Origin: an uncultured Acidimicrobiales bacterium
Lineage (GTDB): Bacteria > Actinomycetota > Acidimicrobiia > Acidimicrobiales > RAAP-2
Assembly (NCBI GenBank): GCA_963713625.1
Contig: CAVQMN010000009.1
Span: forward strand, 84,093 to 148,092
Length of the DNA: 64,000 nucleotides
Reading direction: 5' to 3'
Shown: positions 47,105 through 54,543 of the stretch, piece after piece
Position numbering within the stretch: the stretch's first letter is position 1
Layout of the letters: the number at the start of each line of letters is the position of its first letter
Made by a program: the position numbers and the translations under genes
The notes under the pieces: model-generated
Database searches by the model: none
The model's input: the letters and a program-made list of their open reading frames with translations, nothing else
What the model was told of the DNA's origin: nothing

Positions 47105-48169
47105 ATTCCGACCGCAGCCCTGCTCTCCTTCCGACTCGGCGGTTCCGACGGGGTGTCCATCGAAGCGGCCAAGTGGCGGTGGGCCCTGGGCGAACTCGGG
47201 TTCACCACCGTCACCGTGGCCGGTGACGGGGACGCCGACCGCCTGGTCGGCGGGCTCTCCATCGACGCCGCCGAGCCGCCCAGCCGCGCCGAGCTGGCCG
47301 CCGCCCTCGACGACGCCGACGTGGTCGTGGTGGAGAACCTCTGCTCCCTCCCGCTCAATCCCCCAGCGGCAGCCGCGGCCGCCTCCCTCCTCGCCGGGAG
47401 GCCGGCCATCCTCCACCACCACGACCTCCCCTGGCAGCGTCCCCACTTCCTCGGGGAGCCACCACCTCCGGTCGACCCCCATTGGCGTCATGTGACCATC
47501 AACGAGCTGAGTCGACGCCAGCTGGCCGACCGGGGCATCGCCGCCACCACCGTGTACAACACCTTCGCCGTCCCCGAGACGGCCCCGACGGGACCCACCA
47601 GCCCCGGGGGTACCCCGCCGAGCCGCGGACCGTCGACCCGGCGGGCACTGGGTATCGGCGACGACGCTCGGCTGGTGCTCCAGCCCACCCGGGCCATCCC
47701 CCGCAAGAACGTGGCCGGCGGCCTGCGGGCGGCCACCGAGTTGGAGGCGACCTACTGGCTGCTCGGTCCGGCCGAGGACGGGTACGGCCCGGAACTCGAC
47801 AGTCTGGTGGCAGAAGCCCGATGCCCGGTCATCCTGGGCACACCGGAGGGAGCGGCCGGTCTCACCGTCAACGAGGCCTACGAGGCCTGCGACGTGGTGG
47901 CCCTGCCCTCCACCTGGGAGGGGTTCGGCAACCCCACCATCGAGTCGGTCGTGCACCGGCGCCCGCTGGTCATCGGGCCCTATCCGGTGGCGGACGAGCT
48001 CGCCGCCTTCGGGTTCGACTGGTTCGCCCTCTCCGAGATGTCCCGGCTCCTGTCCTGGCTGGAGGACCCCGACCCCGGCCTGCTGGACGGAAACCTGGCC
48101 GTGGCGTCCGCCCACTTCTCGCAGCGCGACCTGCCCGACAGGATCGCCTCGGTGATGCCTCCGCTCTGA
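47105..48169 (+). CDS. GT-B fold glycosyltransferase (GT4-like); start codon unresolved
   Basis: AALLSFRLGGSDGVSIEAAKW... (N-terminal Gly-rich loop) and C-terminal ALPSTWEGFGNPTIES (EX7E-like region). No in-frame ATG/GTG/TTG lies near the conserved N-terminus. 47105 is an ATT codon and is used only as a placeholder. Confidence 0.7.
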   Translation: MPTAALLSFRLGGSDGVSIEAAKWRWALGELGFTTVTVAGDGDADRLVGGLSIDAAEPPSRAELAAALDDADVVVVENLCSLPLNPPAAAAAASLLAGRPAILHHHDLPWQRPHFLGEPPPPVDPHWRHVTINELSRRQLADRGIAATTVYNTFAVPETAPTGPTSPGGTPPSRGPSTRRALGIGDDARLVLQPTRAIPRKNVAGGLRAATELEATYWLLGPAEDGYGPELDSLVAEARCPVILGTPEGAAGLTVNEAYEACDVVALPSTWEGFGNPTIESVVHRRPLVIGPYPVADELAAFGFDWFALSEMSRLLSWLEDPDPGLLDGNLAVASAHFSQRDLPDRIASVMPPL

Positions 48170-48215
48170 ACGCGCCCCGAGCCGGCGCCCGGAACGCCGA
48201 GGACCCGGGAGTACC

Positions 48216-48935
48216 ATGACCGGGATGAGCGGAGCCCTGGACACCGACCCGAACCGCAACGCGGAACCGGATCAGCGCCCGGCGGCCCCGGGCGGCCGGC
48301 GTCTCACCGCCGACGCCCGACGACGGCAGCTGTTCGAGGTGGCCCTGTCCCTCTTCGCCGAGCACGGCTACTCGGCCACCACCATGGACGACATCGCCGA
48401 GTCGGCCGGCGTGACCAAACCGTTGGTGTACCAGCACTTCGATTCCAAGCGTGCGCTCTACCTCGAGCTGATGGACGCGGTCTCACGCGAGCTGGTGACA
48501 CGCATCGTCAAGGCGACCGCCACGGCAGACGGCCCCCGCCAGCAGGTCGAGCTGGGCTTTGCCGCCTACTTCGAACTCATGGTCGACAGCGAGCCGGCCT
48601 TCCGCCTCCTCTACGGGCGCGATGCTCCTGACGACTTCGAGTTGGGCGCCGCGCTGCGCCGGGTGGAAGAGACCATCGCCCAGGCCATCGATCCCCTCAT
48701 CGACGCCGGACTCGATCCCGAACACCGCCTGCTCCTGGCCCACGCGGTGGTGGGCATGGCCGAGGGTGCCAGCCGCCACTGGCTGGATACCAACCGGCGC
48801 CAGGGCAACTCCGAAAACGGGACCGGCTCGCCGACCGACGCCCCCGCCGACGTTCGCCGGGCCGACGCGGCCCAGCTGGCCAACCGCCTGGCCGACTTCG
48901 CCTGGGCCGGGCTCCGCCAGGTCCACCGCATCTGA
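48216..48935 (+). CDS. TetR/AcrR family transcriptional regulator
   Basis: RRRQLFEVALSLFAEHGYSATTMDDIAESAGVTKPLVYQHFDSK (TetR HTH). Confidence 0.9.
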   Translation: MTGMSGALDTDPNRNAEPDQRPAAPGGRRLTADARRRQLFEVALSLFAEHGYSATTMDDIAESAGVTKPLVYQHFDSKRALYLELMDAVSRELVTRIVKATATADGPRQQVELGFAAYFELMVDSEPAFRLLYGRDAPDDFELGAALRRVEETIAQAIDPLIDAGLDPEHRLLLAHAVVGMAEGASRHWLDTNRRQGNSENGTGSPTDAPADVRRADAAQLANRLADFAWAGLRQVHRI

Positions 48936-49002
48936 CCCACGGGCACCGGCGGCCTCTGACCCACGGGTACCGGCGGCCTCTGACCCGCGGGCACGGGCGG
49001 CG
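48931..49002 (+). repeat. 24-bp tandem repeat x3 (TCTGACCCACGGGCACCGGCGGCC) beginning with the TetR gene stop codon
   Basis: Units start at 48931, 48955 and 48979. TGA at 48933, 48957 and 48981 are all in the TetR reading frame. Confidence 0.9.
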
Positions 49003-49038
49003 TCGGCCGGGGACCTCCGACACGGTGGAGCCGGCCGG

Positions 49039-49911
49039 TCAGGCCGTGACCTGTCCGGCCACCACCGGTCGGTTGGTGCTCTGGACCACCCCGCCGGCGT
49101 GCTCGGCGGTGATGGCGAACGCGTCGACGGGCATGTTGCCGGCCACGCTGAAGGGGACCACCCGTGGATCCGAGCCCAACAGGCCGAGCGAGATCGTCCG
49201 GCTGCCGATCACCCCCCAGAGCTGGTACGTCTCGCTCTTCGGCAGCGAAGACAGACCCCGGGCTTCGACGAACCCGGTCCCCGAGCTGGTCAGGACGACG
49301 GTGGCCTTCGTCGTGGCCGCCGACGCCGACGACGGAGCCCGCAATGGCACCTCCCTGGTCGATGGCGAGGCGATGGCCGCCTGCTCCGCCCGGGTCAGCG
49401 GGGCCGACGCCTGGAGTGCGTTGACCTGGTGGTGGAGATGACCGACCTGGACGCCGAGGACGACCGCCACGACGGCGGCCGCAGCCGCGACCACCACCGC
49501 CACCCGCATGGCCGTGCGGCCCCGCCGACCCCCGGTACCGATCGCCACCACCTCGGCGGTGCCCGACGGCGTCGCCGGCTCGCCGCCGACCGGGCCCGCG
49601 AACTCGTCATCCGGCCGCCGCGGGCCGGGTTCGGACTCCAGCCGTTTGGCCAACCGGTCCCACGACGGCGGAGCCGATCCGTCGAGCCGGCTGGCGATCC
49701 CGTCCCACAACTCCCCCGGCGATGCTCCGCCCGAGTTGGCCAGCAGGCCGGCCACTTCGTGATGCTGGGCCACCTCGATCGAGCACCTGACGCACCCCGC
49801 GAGATGCCGCTCGACCATGGCCGCCGTCTCGGGATCCACCGCGTCGAGGGCGTAGACACCCAGCAGCTCCTGTATCTCCCGGTGGATGGGATCGGGCTCG
49901 TGGGTACTCAC
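49039..49911 (-). CDS. rskA: Anti-sigma-K factor RskA family (zf-HC2 N-terminus, TM, extracytoplasmic domain)
   Basis: GTG at 49911 overlaps the sigK stop (GTGA). LLGVYALDAVD...ERHLAGCVRC, a central TM VAVVVAAAAAVVAVVLGV, and C-terminal TYQLWGV...FAITAEHAGG. Confidence 0.85.
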   Translation of the reverse strand: MSTHEPDPIHREIQELLGVYALDAVDPETAAMVERHLAGCVRCSIEVAQHHEVAGLLANSGGASPGELWDGIASRLDGSAPPSWDRLAKRLESEPGPRRPDDEFAGPVGGEPATPSGTAEVVAIGTGGRRGRTAMRVAVVVAAAAAVVAVVLGVQVGHLHHQVNALQASAPLTRAEQAAIASPSTREVPLRAPSSASAATTKATVVLTSSGTGFVEARGLSSLPKSETYQLWGVIGSRTISLGLLGSDPRVVPFSVAGNMPVDAFAITAEHAGGVVQSTNRPVVAGQVTA

Positions 49912-50510
49912 GACTCTGCTCCTGCCGGTTCCACACCGAGTTCGGCCAGGTTGATCCGGAGCCGGCCCAGCCCCGACCGGATGCGGCTCTTGACGGTGCC
50001 CTCGGGCTCGTTGAGGATCTGGGCCACCTCGCGATAGGTGTTGCCTCCAAAATAGGCCAGGAGGATCGGTTTGCGAAGGTCCTCGGGCAGGGCGCCGAGG
50101 GCGGCCTTCACCTGGTCGGCCACGGCCATGTCCCACACCTCGTGATCGATGTCGTAGCCGGCGGTGGCCGTCTCCTTCGACGTGCGCTCCTCCCGGCGCC
50201 GGCGGGCCGTCTCCGACCGGATGAAGTCGACGGATTTCCCATGGGTCCGGGCCAGCAGGTAGGAGCGCAGCGTGCCCCGCTGGGCGTCGAACTTCTCGGG
50301 CTGCCTCCAGAGGTCGAGGAAGATCTCCTGGGTGATCTCCTCGGCCGGAGGATCGCTGCGCAGGATGCGCCGGGCCAATGAGTGCACGGCCCCCCCGTGA
50401 CGCCGGTAGATCTCGGCCAGCGCAGGCTCGTGCCACCGGCCGACAGCCACCACCAAGTTTGCATCGCTGGCCTGCAAATTGGCGTCACTCGCCTGCTCTC
50501 GTCCGATCAC
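49908..50510 (-). CDS. sigK: ECF RNA polymerase sigma factor (SigK-like)
   Basis: 200 aa. Region 2 EITQEIFLDLW..F....G.LRSYLL and region 4 LLAYFGGNTYREVAQILNEPEGTVKSRIR. Co-transcribed with the RskA-type anti-sigma factor. Confidence 0.85.
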   Translation of the reverse strand: MIGREQASDANLQASDANLVVAVGRWHEPALAEIYRRHGGAVHSLARRILRSDPPAEEITQEIFLDLWRQPEKFDAQRGTLRSYLLARTHGKSVDFIRSETARRRREERTSKETATAGYDIDHEVWDMAVADQVKAALGALPEDLRKPILLAYFGGNTYREVAQILNEPEGTVKSRIRSGLGRLRINLAELGVEPAGAES

Positions 50511-50518
50511 CGCACTCT

Positions 50519-50546
50519 ATTCGGAGCCGGTCCTCCGGGCGGATGG
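50519..50546 (-). promoter_or_regulatory. Putative SigK-dependent (autoregulatory) promoter CCATCC-N16-CCGAAT
   Basis: The minus strand reads CCATCCgcccggaggaccggctCCGAAT. The -10-like hexamer ends 8 nt before the sigK GTG (50510), implying a leaderless or near-leaderless mRNA. The consensus is from my recollection of mycobacterial SigK promoters. Confidence 0.5.
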
Positions 50547-50619
50547 CGCATTCGGCCCGCGGGTCGGGTGGATGTCGATCCAACATCATCTGGGCCCTGA
50601 TCGGCTACGAAGGACGGGC

Positions 50620-51402
50620 ATGACCTTCGATATGACGACCTACCGGCGGCTCTCGGAGAAACTCGAGGTCGACGACATCGACTTCGGTGCCTTCCGTGAT
50701 CGGCCCCTCGATCCGGAGGCACTCCGGTGCCTGCGCTACATGCATGACGTGGAGAGCCATACGGTCTGTTACCTGCGCGACGTCCTCGTCACCCGGGCCC
50801 ACCGCGATCCCGAGGTCACCTCGTTCCTCACCCTCTGGAACTACGAGGAGTTCTGGCACGGGGAGGCCATCGCCGACATCCTGGCCGCGCACGACGAGGG
50901 TGCCGGGACCGGGCGGATCGCCGCCCTCCGCCAACGCCTGCCGAGGCGCGAAGCGTGGAAGCCGCTCACCTTCCAGCTGGGCTCAGCCCTCACTCCCCAC
51001 CTGACCGCCGTGCACATGACCTGGGGGGCGGTCAACGAATGGACGACCCAGGCCGCCTACGCCCGGCTGGCCAAGCTGGCCGACCACCCCACGCTCACCC
51101 TGCTGCTCCGGCGGGTCATGAAGCAGGAAGGGCGCCACATCGACTTCTACTCGGCCCAGGCCCGATCGCGGCTGGCCGACAGCCGCGCCGCCCAGCGGCT
51201 CACCCGGTGGGCCCTCCGGCACTTCTGGGCGCCGGTGGGCAGCGGCGTCCTTCCCGACCGGGAGGTCGACTTCCTCCGCTCCTACCTCTTCGGCGATGAG
51301 GACGGTCGGTCGGTGGCCGACCGCATCGACCGCCGCGTCGACCGGCTTCCCGGTCTCGAGGGCCTGAACCTCCTGCACGGGGCCGTCTCCGCCGCCGCCT
51401 GA
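50620..51402 (+). CDS. Ferritin-like di-iron-carboxylate superfamily protein (desaturase/oxygenase-like), function unknown
   Basis: 260 aa from ATG 50620 with two ExxH motifs (WNYEEFWHGEA and VMKQEGRHIDFY). Divergent from sigK. Confidence 0.65.
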   Translation: MTFDMTTYRRLSEKLEVDDIDFGAFRDRPLDPEALRCLRYMHDVESHTVCYLRDVLVTRAHRDPEVTSFLTLWNYEEFWHGEAIADILAAHDEGAGTGRIAALRQRLPRREAWKPLTFQLGSALTPHLTAVHMTWGAVNEWTTQAAYARLAKLADHPTLTLLLRRVMKQEGRHIDFYSAQARSRLADSRAAQRLTRWALRHFWAPVGSGVLPDREVDFLRSYLFGDEDGRSVADRIDRRVDRLPGLEGLNLLHGAVSAAA

Positions 51403-51469
51403 TCCACGGGAACGCACCTGCGCAATCCCCGCCGGCACCGAAACCCGAGCGACCCGGTAAACTAACTAG

Positions 51470-51967
51470 GTGTTCAGCTTCCCGAACCCGGTCAACGAAA
51501 AGGCAGCCAGGACGGTCGCCGCCGGCGTGGTCGTGATGTCGGTGGCCGCCGTGGCCTTCCGGCAACCCTGGATCCTCATCCCCTTGGCCTACGGCTTCTG
51601 GGCCCGGGTCCTGACCGGACCCACCCTCAGTCCGCTCGGCCAGCTGGCCACCCGGGTGGTGGCCCCGCACCTCGGCGAACCCCGCCTGGTGGCCGGCCCG
51701 CCCAAACGGTTCGCCCAGGGCATGGGCGTGGCCTTCTCCACCACCGCACTGGTGCTCTGGTACGGCTTCGGGCTGGGCACCGCCACCTGGGTGGTGGTCT
51801 CCCTGCTGGCCGTGGCCGCCTTCCTCGAATCGGCGCTGGCCATCTGCCTCGGGTGCATCGTCTTCGGCCTCCTGATGAAGGTCGGTGTCGTTCCCGAGGA
51901 GGTGTGCGCGGCCTGCGCCGACATCTCGGTCCGCCACCCACAGGTGGCCTCGGGTCGACCGACCTGA
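51470..51967 (+). CDS. DUF4395 domain-containing membrane protein
   Basis: 165 aa: FPNPVNEKAARTVAAGVV...PKRFAQGMGVAFS...LESALAICLGCIVF. GTG start lies 7 nt after a TAAACT -10-like hexamer. Confidence 0.7.
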   Translation: MFSFPNPVNEKAARTVAAGVVVMSVAAVAFRQPWILIPLAYGFWARVLTGPTLSPLGQLATRVVAPHLGEPRLVAGPPKRFAQGMGVAFSTTALVLWYGFGLGTATWVVVSLLAVAAFLESALAICLGCIVFGLLMKVGVVPEEVCAACADISVRHPQVASGRPT

Positions 51968-51977
51968 GGGGTCGGTC
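51957..51977. terminator. Bidirectional hairpin (GACCGACC-tgagg-GGTCGGTC) spanning both convergent stop codons
   Basis: 8-bp perfect stem. The DUF4395 TGA (51965-51967) is in the loop, and the phosphatase stop (TCA at 51976-51978 on the plus strand) overlaps the 3' stem arm. Confidence 0.5.
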
Positions 51978-52542
51978 AGGAGAGGCGGGGAAGCAGCTCG
52001 GCGCAGAGCCCGGCCAACTCCTCGACGCACGAGACGTAGATCTCGTCCTCGCCGCCGGCGGGGTCGGCGACATCCTCCCACGGTTCGACGGGGAGATCGG
52101 CCAGGCCCAGCGCGGCGATCCGTTCGGCCAGCGGCGGGGGACCGGTCGGCAGGTCGCGGCACAGCCGCTTGATCGACACGGTCTTCGATGCGGCGGCCGG
52201 GTAGCGGCGGCGGATGAAGGAGACATGTTCGCCGGCCATGGCCAAGACGAGGTCGGCGTCCTCCACGTCACGGTCGGTGAGCTGGTGGCTCCGGTGCCCG
52301 TCGGCGCTGAGGCCGAGGGAGGCCAGGGCGTCGCGGGTCCTCCTGCTCATGGGCTGGCCTTCGACGACGTGGGTCCCGGCCGTCACGATGGCCACCGGCC
52401 CCGGCTGGAGCATGACCCCGGCCATGACCGAGCGCGCCGCGTTGCCCGTGCACAGGGTGAGCAGCCGGACCGGGCGGACCGAGCGGTCCTCTCCCGCGTC
52501 GCTCACGTGGTCGCCTGCGGCCGGCGATCGGGAGGCCGGCAT
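51976..52542 (-). CDS. Low-molecular-weight phosphotyrosine phosphatase / ArsC-type family protein
   Basis: RLLTLCTGNAARSVMA (CX5R-S P-loop). 188 aa including an N-terminal extension of about 25 aa. Confidence 0.8.
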   Translation of the reverse strand: MPASRSPAAGDHVSDAGEDRSVRPVRLLTLCTGNAARSVMAGVMLQPGPVAIVTAGTHVVEGQPMSRRTRDALASLGLSADGHRSHQLTDRDVEDADLVLAMAGEHVSFIRRRYPAAASKTVSIKRLCRDLPTGPPPLAERIAALGLADLPVEPWEDVADPAGGEDEIYVSCVEELAGLCAELLPRLS

Positions 52543-52554
52543 CGTGGCCGGTGA

Positions 52555-53769
52555 CTAGTTGATGTGGACGCCGGAGATGGCCCGGCTGATGATCAGCCGC
52601 TGGATCTCGCTCGTCCCCTCGAAGATGGTGTAGATCTTCGAGTCGCGGTGCCAGCGCTCGACGGGATGCTCGCGGATGTAGCCGTAGCCGCCCATGATCT
52701 GAATGGCTTCCTCGGTGACGTACACCGCGGTCTCGCCCGCGTACAGCTTGGACATCGAACCCTCGCCCGAGGTGAACTCCTTGCCGTTGCGACCCATCCA
52801 CGAGGCCCGCCAGATCAGCAGGCGGGACGCGTCGATGCGGGTCTTCATGTCGGCCAGTTTGAAGGCGATGGCCTGGTTCTCGATGATGGCCCGCCCGAAG
52901 GCCTTGCGCTCCTTGGCGTAGTCCAGCGAGTACTCATAAGCGGCCCGGGCGATCCCGAGCGCCTGGGCCCCGACGGTCGGACGCGAGGCCTCGAAGGTCT
53001 TCATGGCCGCCTGACTCGTCGAACGCTTCCCCTCGCGGGCTCGGGCCAGCTTCTCGTCGAGCTTTTCCTTGCCCCCGAGGAGGCAGTGGCCCGGCACGCG
53101 GACGTCCTCGAGCACGACTTCGGCGGTGTGGGAGGCGCGGATGCCCATCTTCTTGAACTTCTGCCCCTGGGACAGGCCGGGGGTGCCCGGCGGCACGATG
53201 AAGCTGGCCTGACCCCGGGACTTGAGCTCGGGATCGACCGAGGCCACCACCACGTGGATGTCGGCGATACCCCCGTTGGTGATCCAGGTCTTCGTCCCGT
53301 TGAGGACCCACTCGTCCTTGGCTTCGTCGTAGACGGCCCGGGTCCGCAGCGACGACACGTCCGAGCCGGCGTCCGGCTCGGAGACGGCGAACGCGGCCAG
53401 CTGGATCTTGTCCGGGGTGCCGAAGCACTGCGGGCCCCACTCCATCAGCTGCTCCGGCGTGCCGTTGCTGGCGATCCCGGCCAGGCCCAGCGTGCTCCCG
53501 AAGATGGACAGGGCGATACCGGCGTCGCCCCAGGACATCTCCTCGTTGGCGATGGGAAGCAGCAGCCCGCTGTCGTCCGAGAAGCACTGGATGATGAAGT
53601 CGAATGAGTACAGCCCGATGCGGGCCGCCTCTTCGATGATCGGCCACGGGGTCTCTTCCCGTTCGTCCCATTCATGTCCGGCCGGACGGATGACCGTCTC
53701 CGCGAAGTCGTGCACCCATTTCTGGATCTGCAGTTGATCCTCGTTCAGATCAAGTGAGAATTCAGCCAT
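52555..53769 (-). CDS. Acyl-CoA dehydrogenase
   Basis: 404 aa: FAVSEPDAGSDV, WITNGG, and C-terminal GGYGYIREHPVERWHRDSKIYTIFEGTSEIQ. Confidence 0.95.
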   Translation of the reverse strand: MAEFSLDLNEDQLQIQKWVHDFAETVIRPAGHEWDEREETPWPIIEEAARIGLYSFDFIIQCFSDDSGLLLPIANEEMSWGDAGIALSIFGSTLGLAGIASNGTPEQLMEWGPQCFGTPDKIQLAAFAVSEPDAGSDVSSLRTRAVYDEAKDEWVLNGTKTWITNGGIADIHVVVASVDPELKSRGQASFIVPPGTPGLSQGQKFKKMGIRASHTAEVVLEDVRVPGHCLLGGKEKLDEKLARAREGKRSTSQAAMKTFEASRPTVGAQALGIARAAYEYSLDYAKERKAFGRAIIENQAIAFKLADMKTRIDASRLLIWRASWMGRNGKEFTSGEGSMSKLYAGETAVYVTEEAIQIMGGYGYIREHPVERWHRDSKIYTIFEGTSEIQRLIISRAISGVHIN

Positions 53770-53873
53770 GTCCCCTGCTCCGTTCCGGCCCTGGACGGGC
53801 CTCCACGCCTATCGGGCGCCCGGGCCGATCCGAGGACCGACCCGTCCACCAGCTTCTCGAGCGGCAGATTGTT

Positions 53874-53897
53874 CTTAGTTACTCAATAGTAACCAAG
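53874..53897. promoter_or_regulatory. AT-rich imperfect palindrome (CTTAGTTACT-caat-AGTAACCAAG), candidate operator upstream of the acyl-CoA dehydrogenase
   Basis: 9/10 inverted repeat with a 4-bp spacer, 105-128 bp upstream of the ATG at 53769. It is embedded in one of the lowest-GC stretches of the window. Confidence 0.4.
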
Positions 53898-53926
53898 AAG
53901 GGACGTCAACGCCACCACCCCGGAAC

Positions 53927-54004
53927 CAGGCACCGGATCCAGGCACCGGGACCAGGCACGGGCGACAGGCACGGGCGACAGGCACGGGCGACAGGCATGG
54001 GGAG
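53927..54004. repeat. 13-bp tandem repeat (CAGGCACSGGNNN x6)
   Basis: CAGGCA(C/T) at 53927, 53940, 53953, 53966, 53979 and 53992. Located between csp (upstream on the minus strand) and the acyl-CoA dehydrogenase promoter region. Confidence 0.9.
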
Positions 54005-54139
54005 CTGGGTCGCCCCGAGGATGGCCACGGGCCTGCCGGGCAGTCGCGGCGCGGGCCGACACTGACCGACCGGTGCGACAGGGCACCACCTCGGCTCAGC
54101 GGGAGGGGCCGGCAGGGGCCCCCGGGGAAGGAGCCGGTG

Positions 54140-54352
54140 CTACGCGGGCTGGGCCAGGCGCACGTCGACAGCCTGGAGCCCCTTGGGCCCTTCCTGGAGC
54201 TCGAACTCGACGGCCTGACCCTCTTCGAGCGAGCGGAATCCGTTCATCTGGATAGCGGTGTGATGCACGAAGACATCGGCCCCACCATCCGGTTGCGAAA
54301 TAAAGCCGAAGCCCTTTTCTGCGTTGAACCACTTGACTGTTCCGGAAGCCAC
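54140..54352 (-). CDS. cspA: Cold-shock protein (CspA family)
   Basis: GTG at 54352 follows GGAAAGGGG: (M)[33 protein letters not shown] (RNP1/RNP2), 70 aa. Confidence 0.95.
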   Translation of the reverse strand: MASGTVKWFNAEKGFGFISQPDGGADVFVHHTAIQMNGFRSLEEGQAVEFELQEGPKGLQAVDVRLAQPA

Positions 54353-54477
54353 GGTGGCATTCCCCTTTCCTCCACACGTGCAGTGCGCAGGGCGCCGCCG
54401 GACGGAGACCGGGTTCCGACGTCCCACCCGAGTGGGCACTCCGGACCGCGCACCGAAGGTGACTTCCTGCCCGAGAA

Positions 54478-54505
54478 ACGCTAGCAGTCCTCTGCTCCGG
54501 ATCAA
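54478..54505 (-). promoter_or_regulatory. Candidate sigma-A type promoter of csp (TTGATC-N16-TAGCGT)
   Basis: The minus strand reads TTGATCcggagcagaggactgcTAGCGT. It would give a 5' UTR of about 115 nt, which is typical for cspA-family genes. Confidence 0.35.
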
Positions 54506-54543
54506 CTGAGAAGAGGGGTTTCGGGCTCCTGTTCACACGGCGT

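Noticed and set aside
47078-48259. Upstream extension of the minus-strand ORF 46163..48259 beyond the enoyl-CoA hydratase domain.
   Set aside because: It is antisense to the glycosyltransferase. Crotonase similarity starts about 45 aa after the ATG at 47077.
50550-50575. Second SigK-like element ACATCC-N14-CCGAAT upstream of the main one.
   Set aside because: It has the wrong spacer length (14 instead of 16) and an imperfect -35. It is likely a degenerate duplicate or chance match.
51434-51461. CAATCC-N16-CCGAGC as a SigK promoter for the DUF4395 gene.
   Set aside because: It matches 5/6 and 4/6 of the consensus hexamers, which is too weak to call. A TAAACT -10 for a housekeeping sigma factor explains the start equally well.
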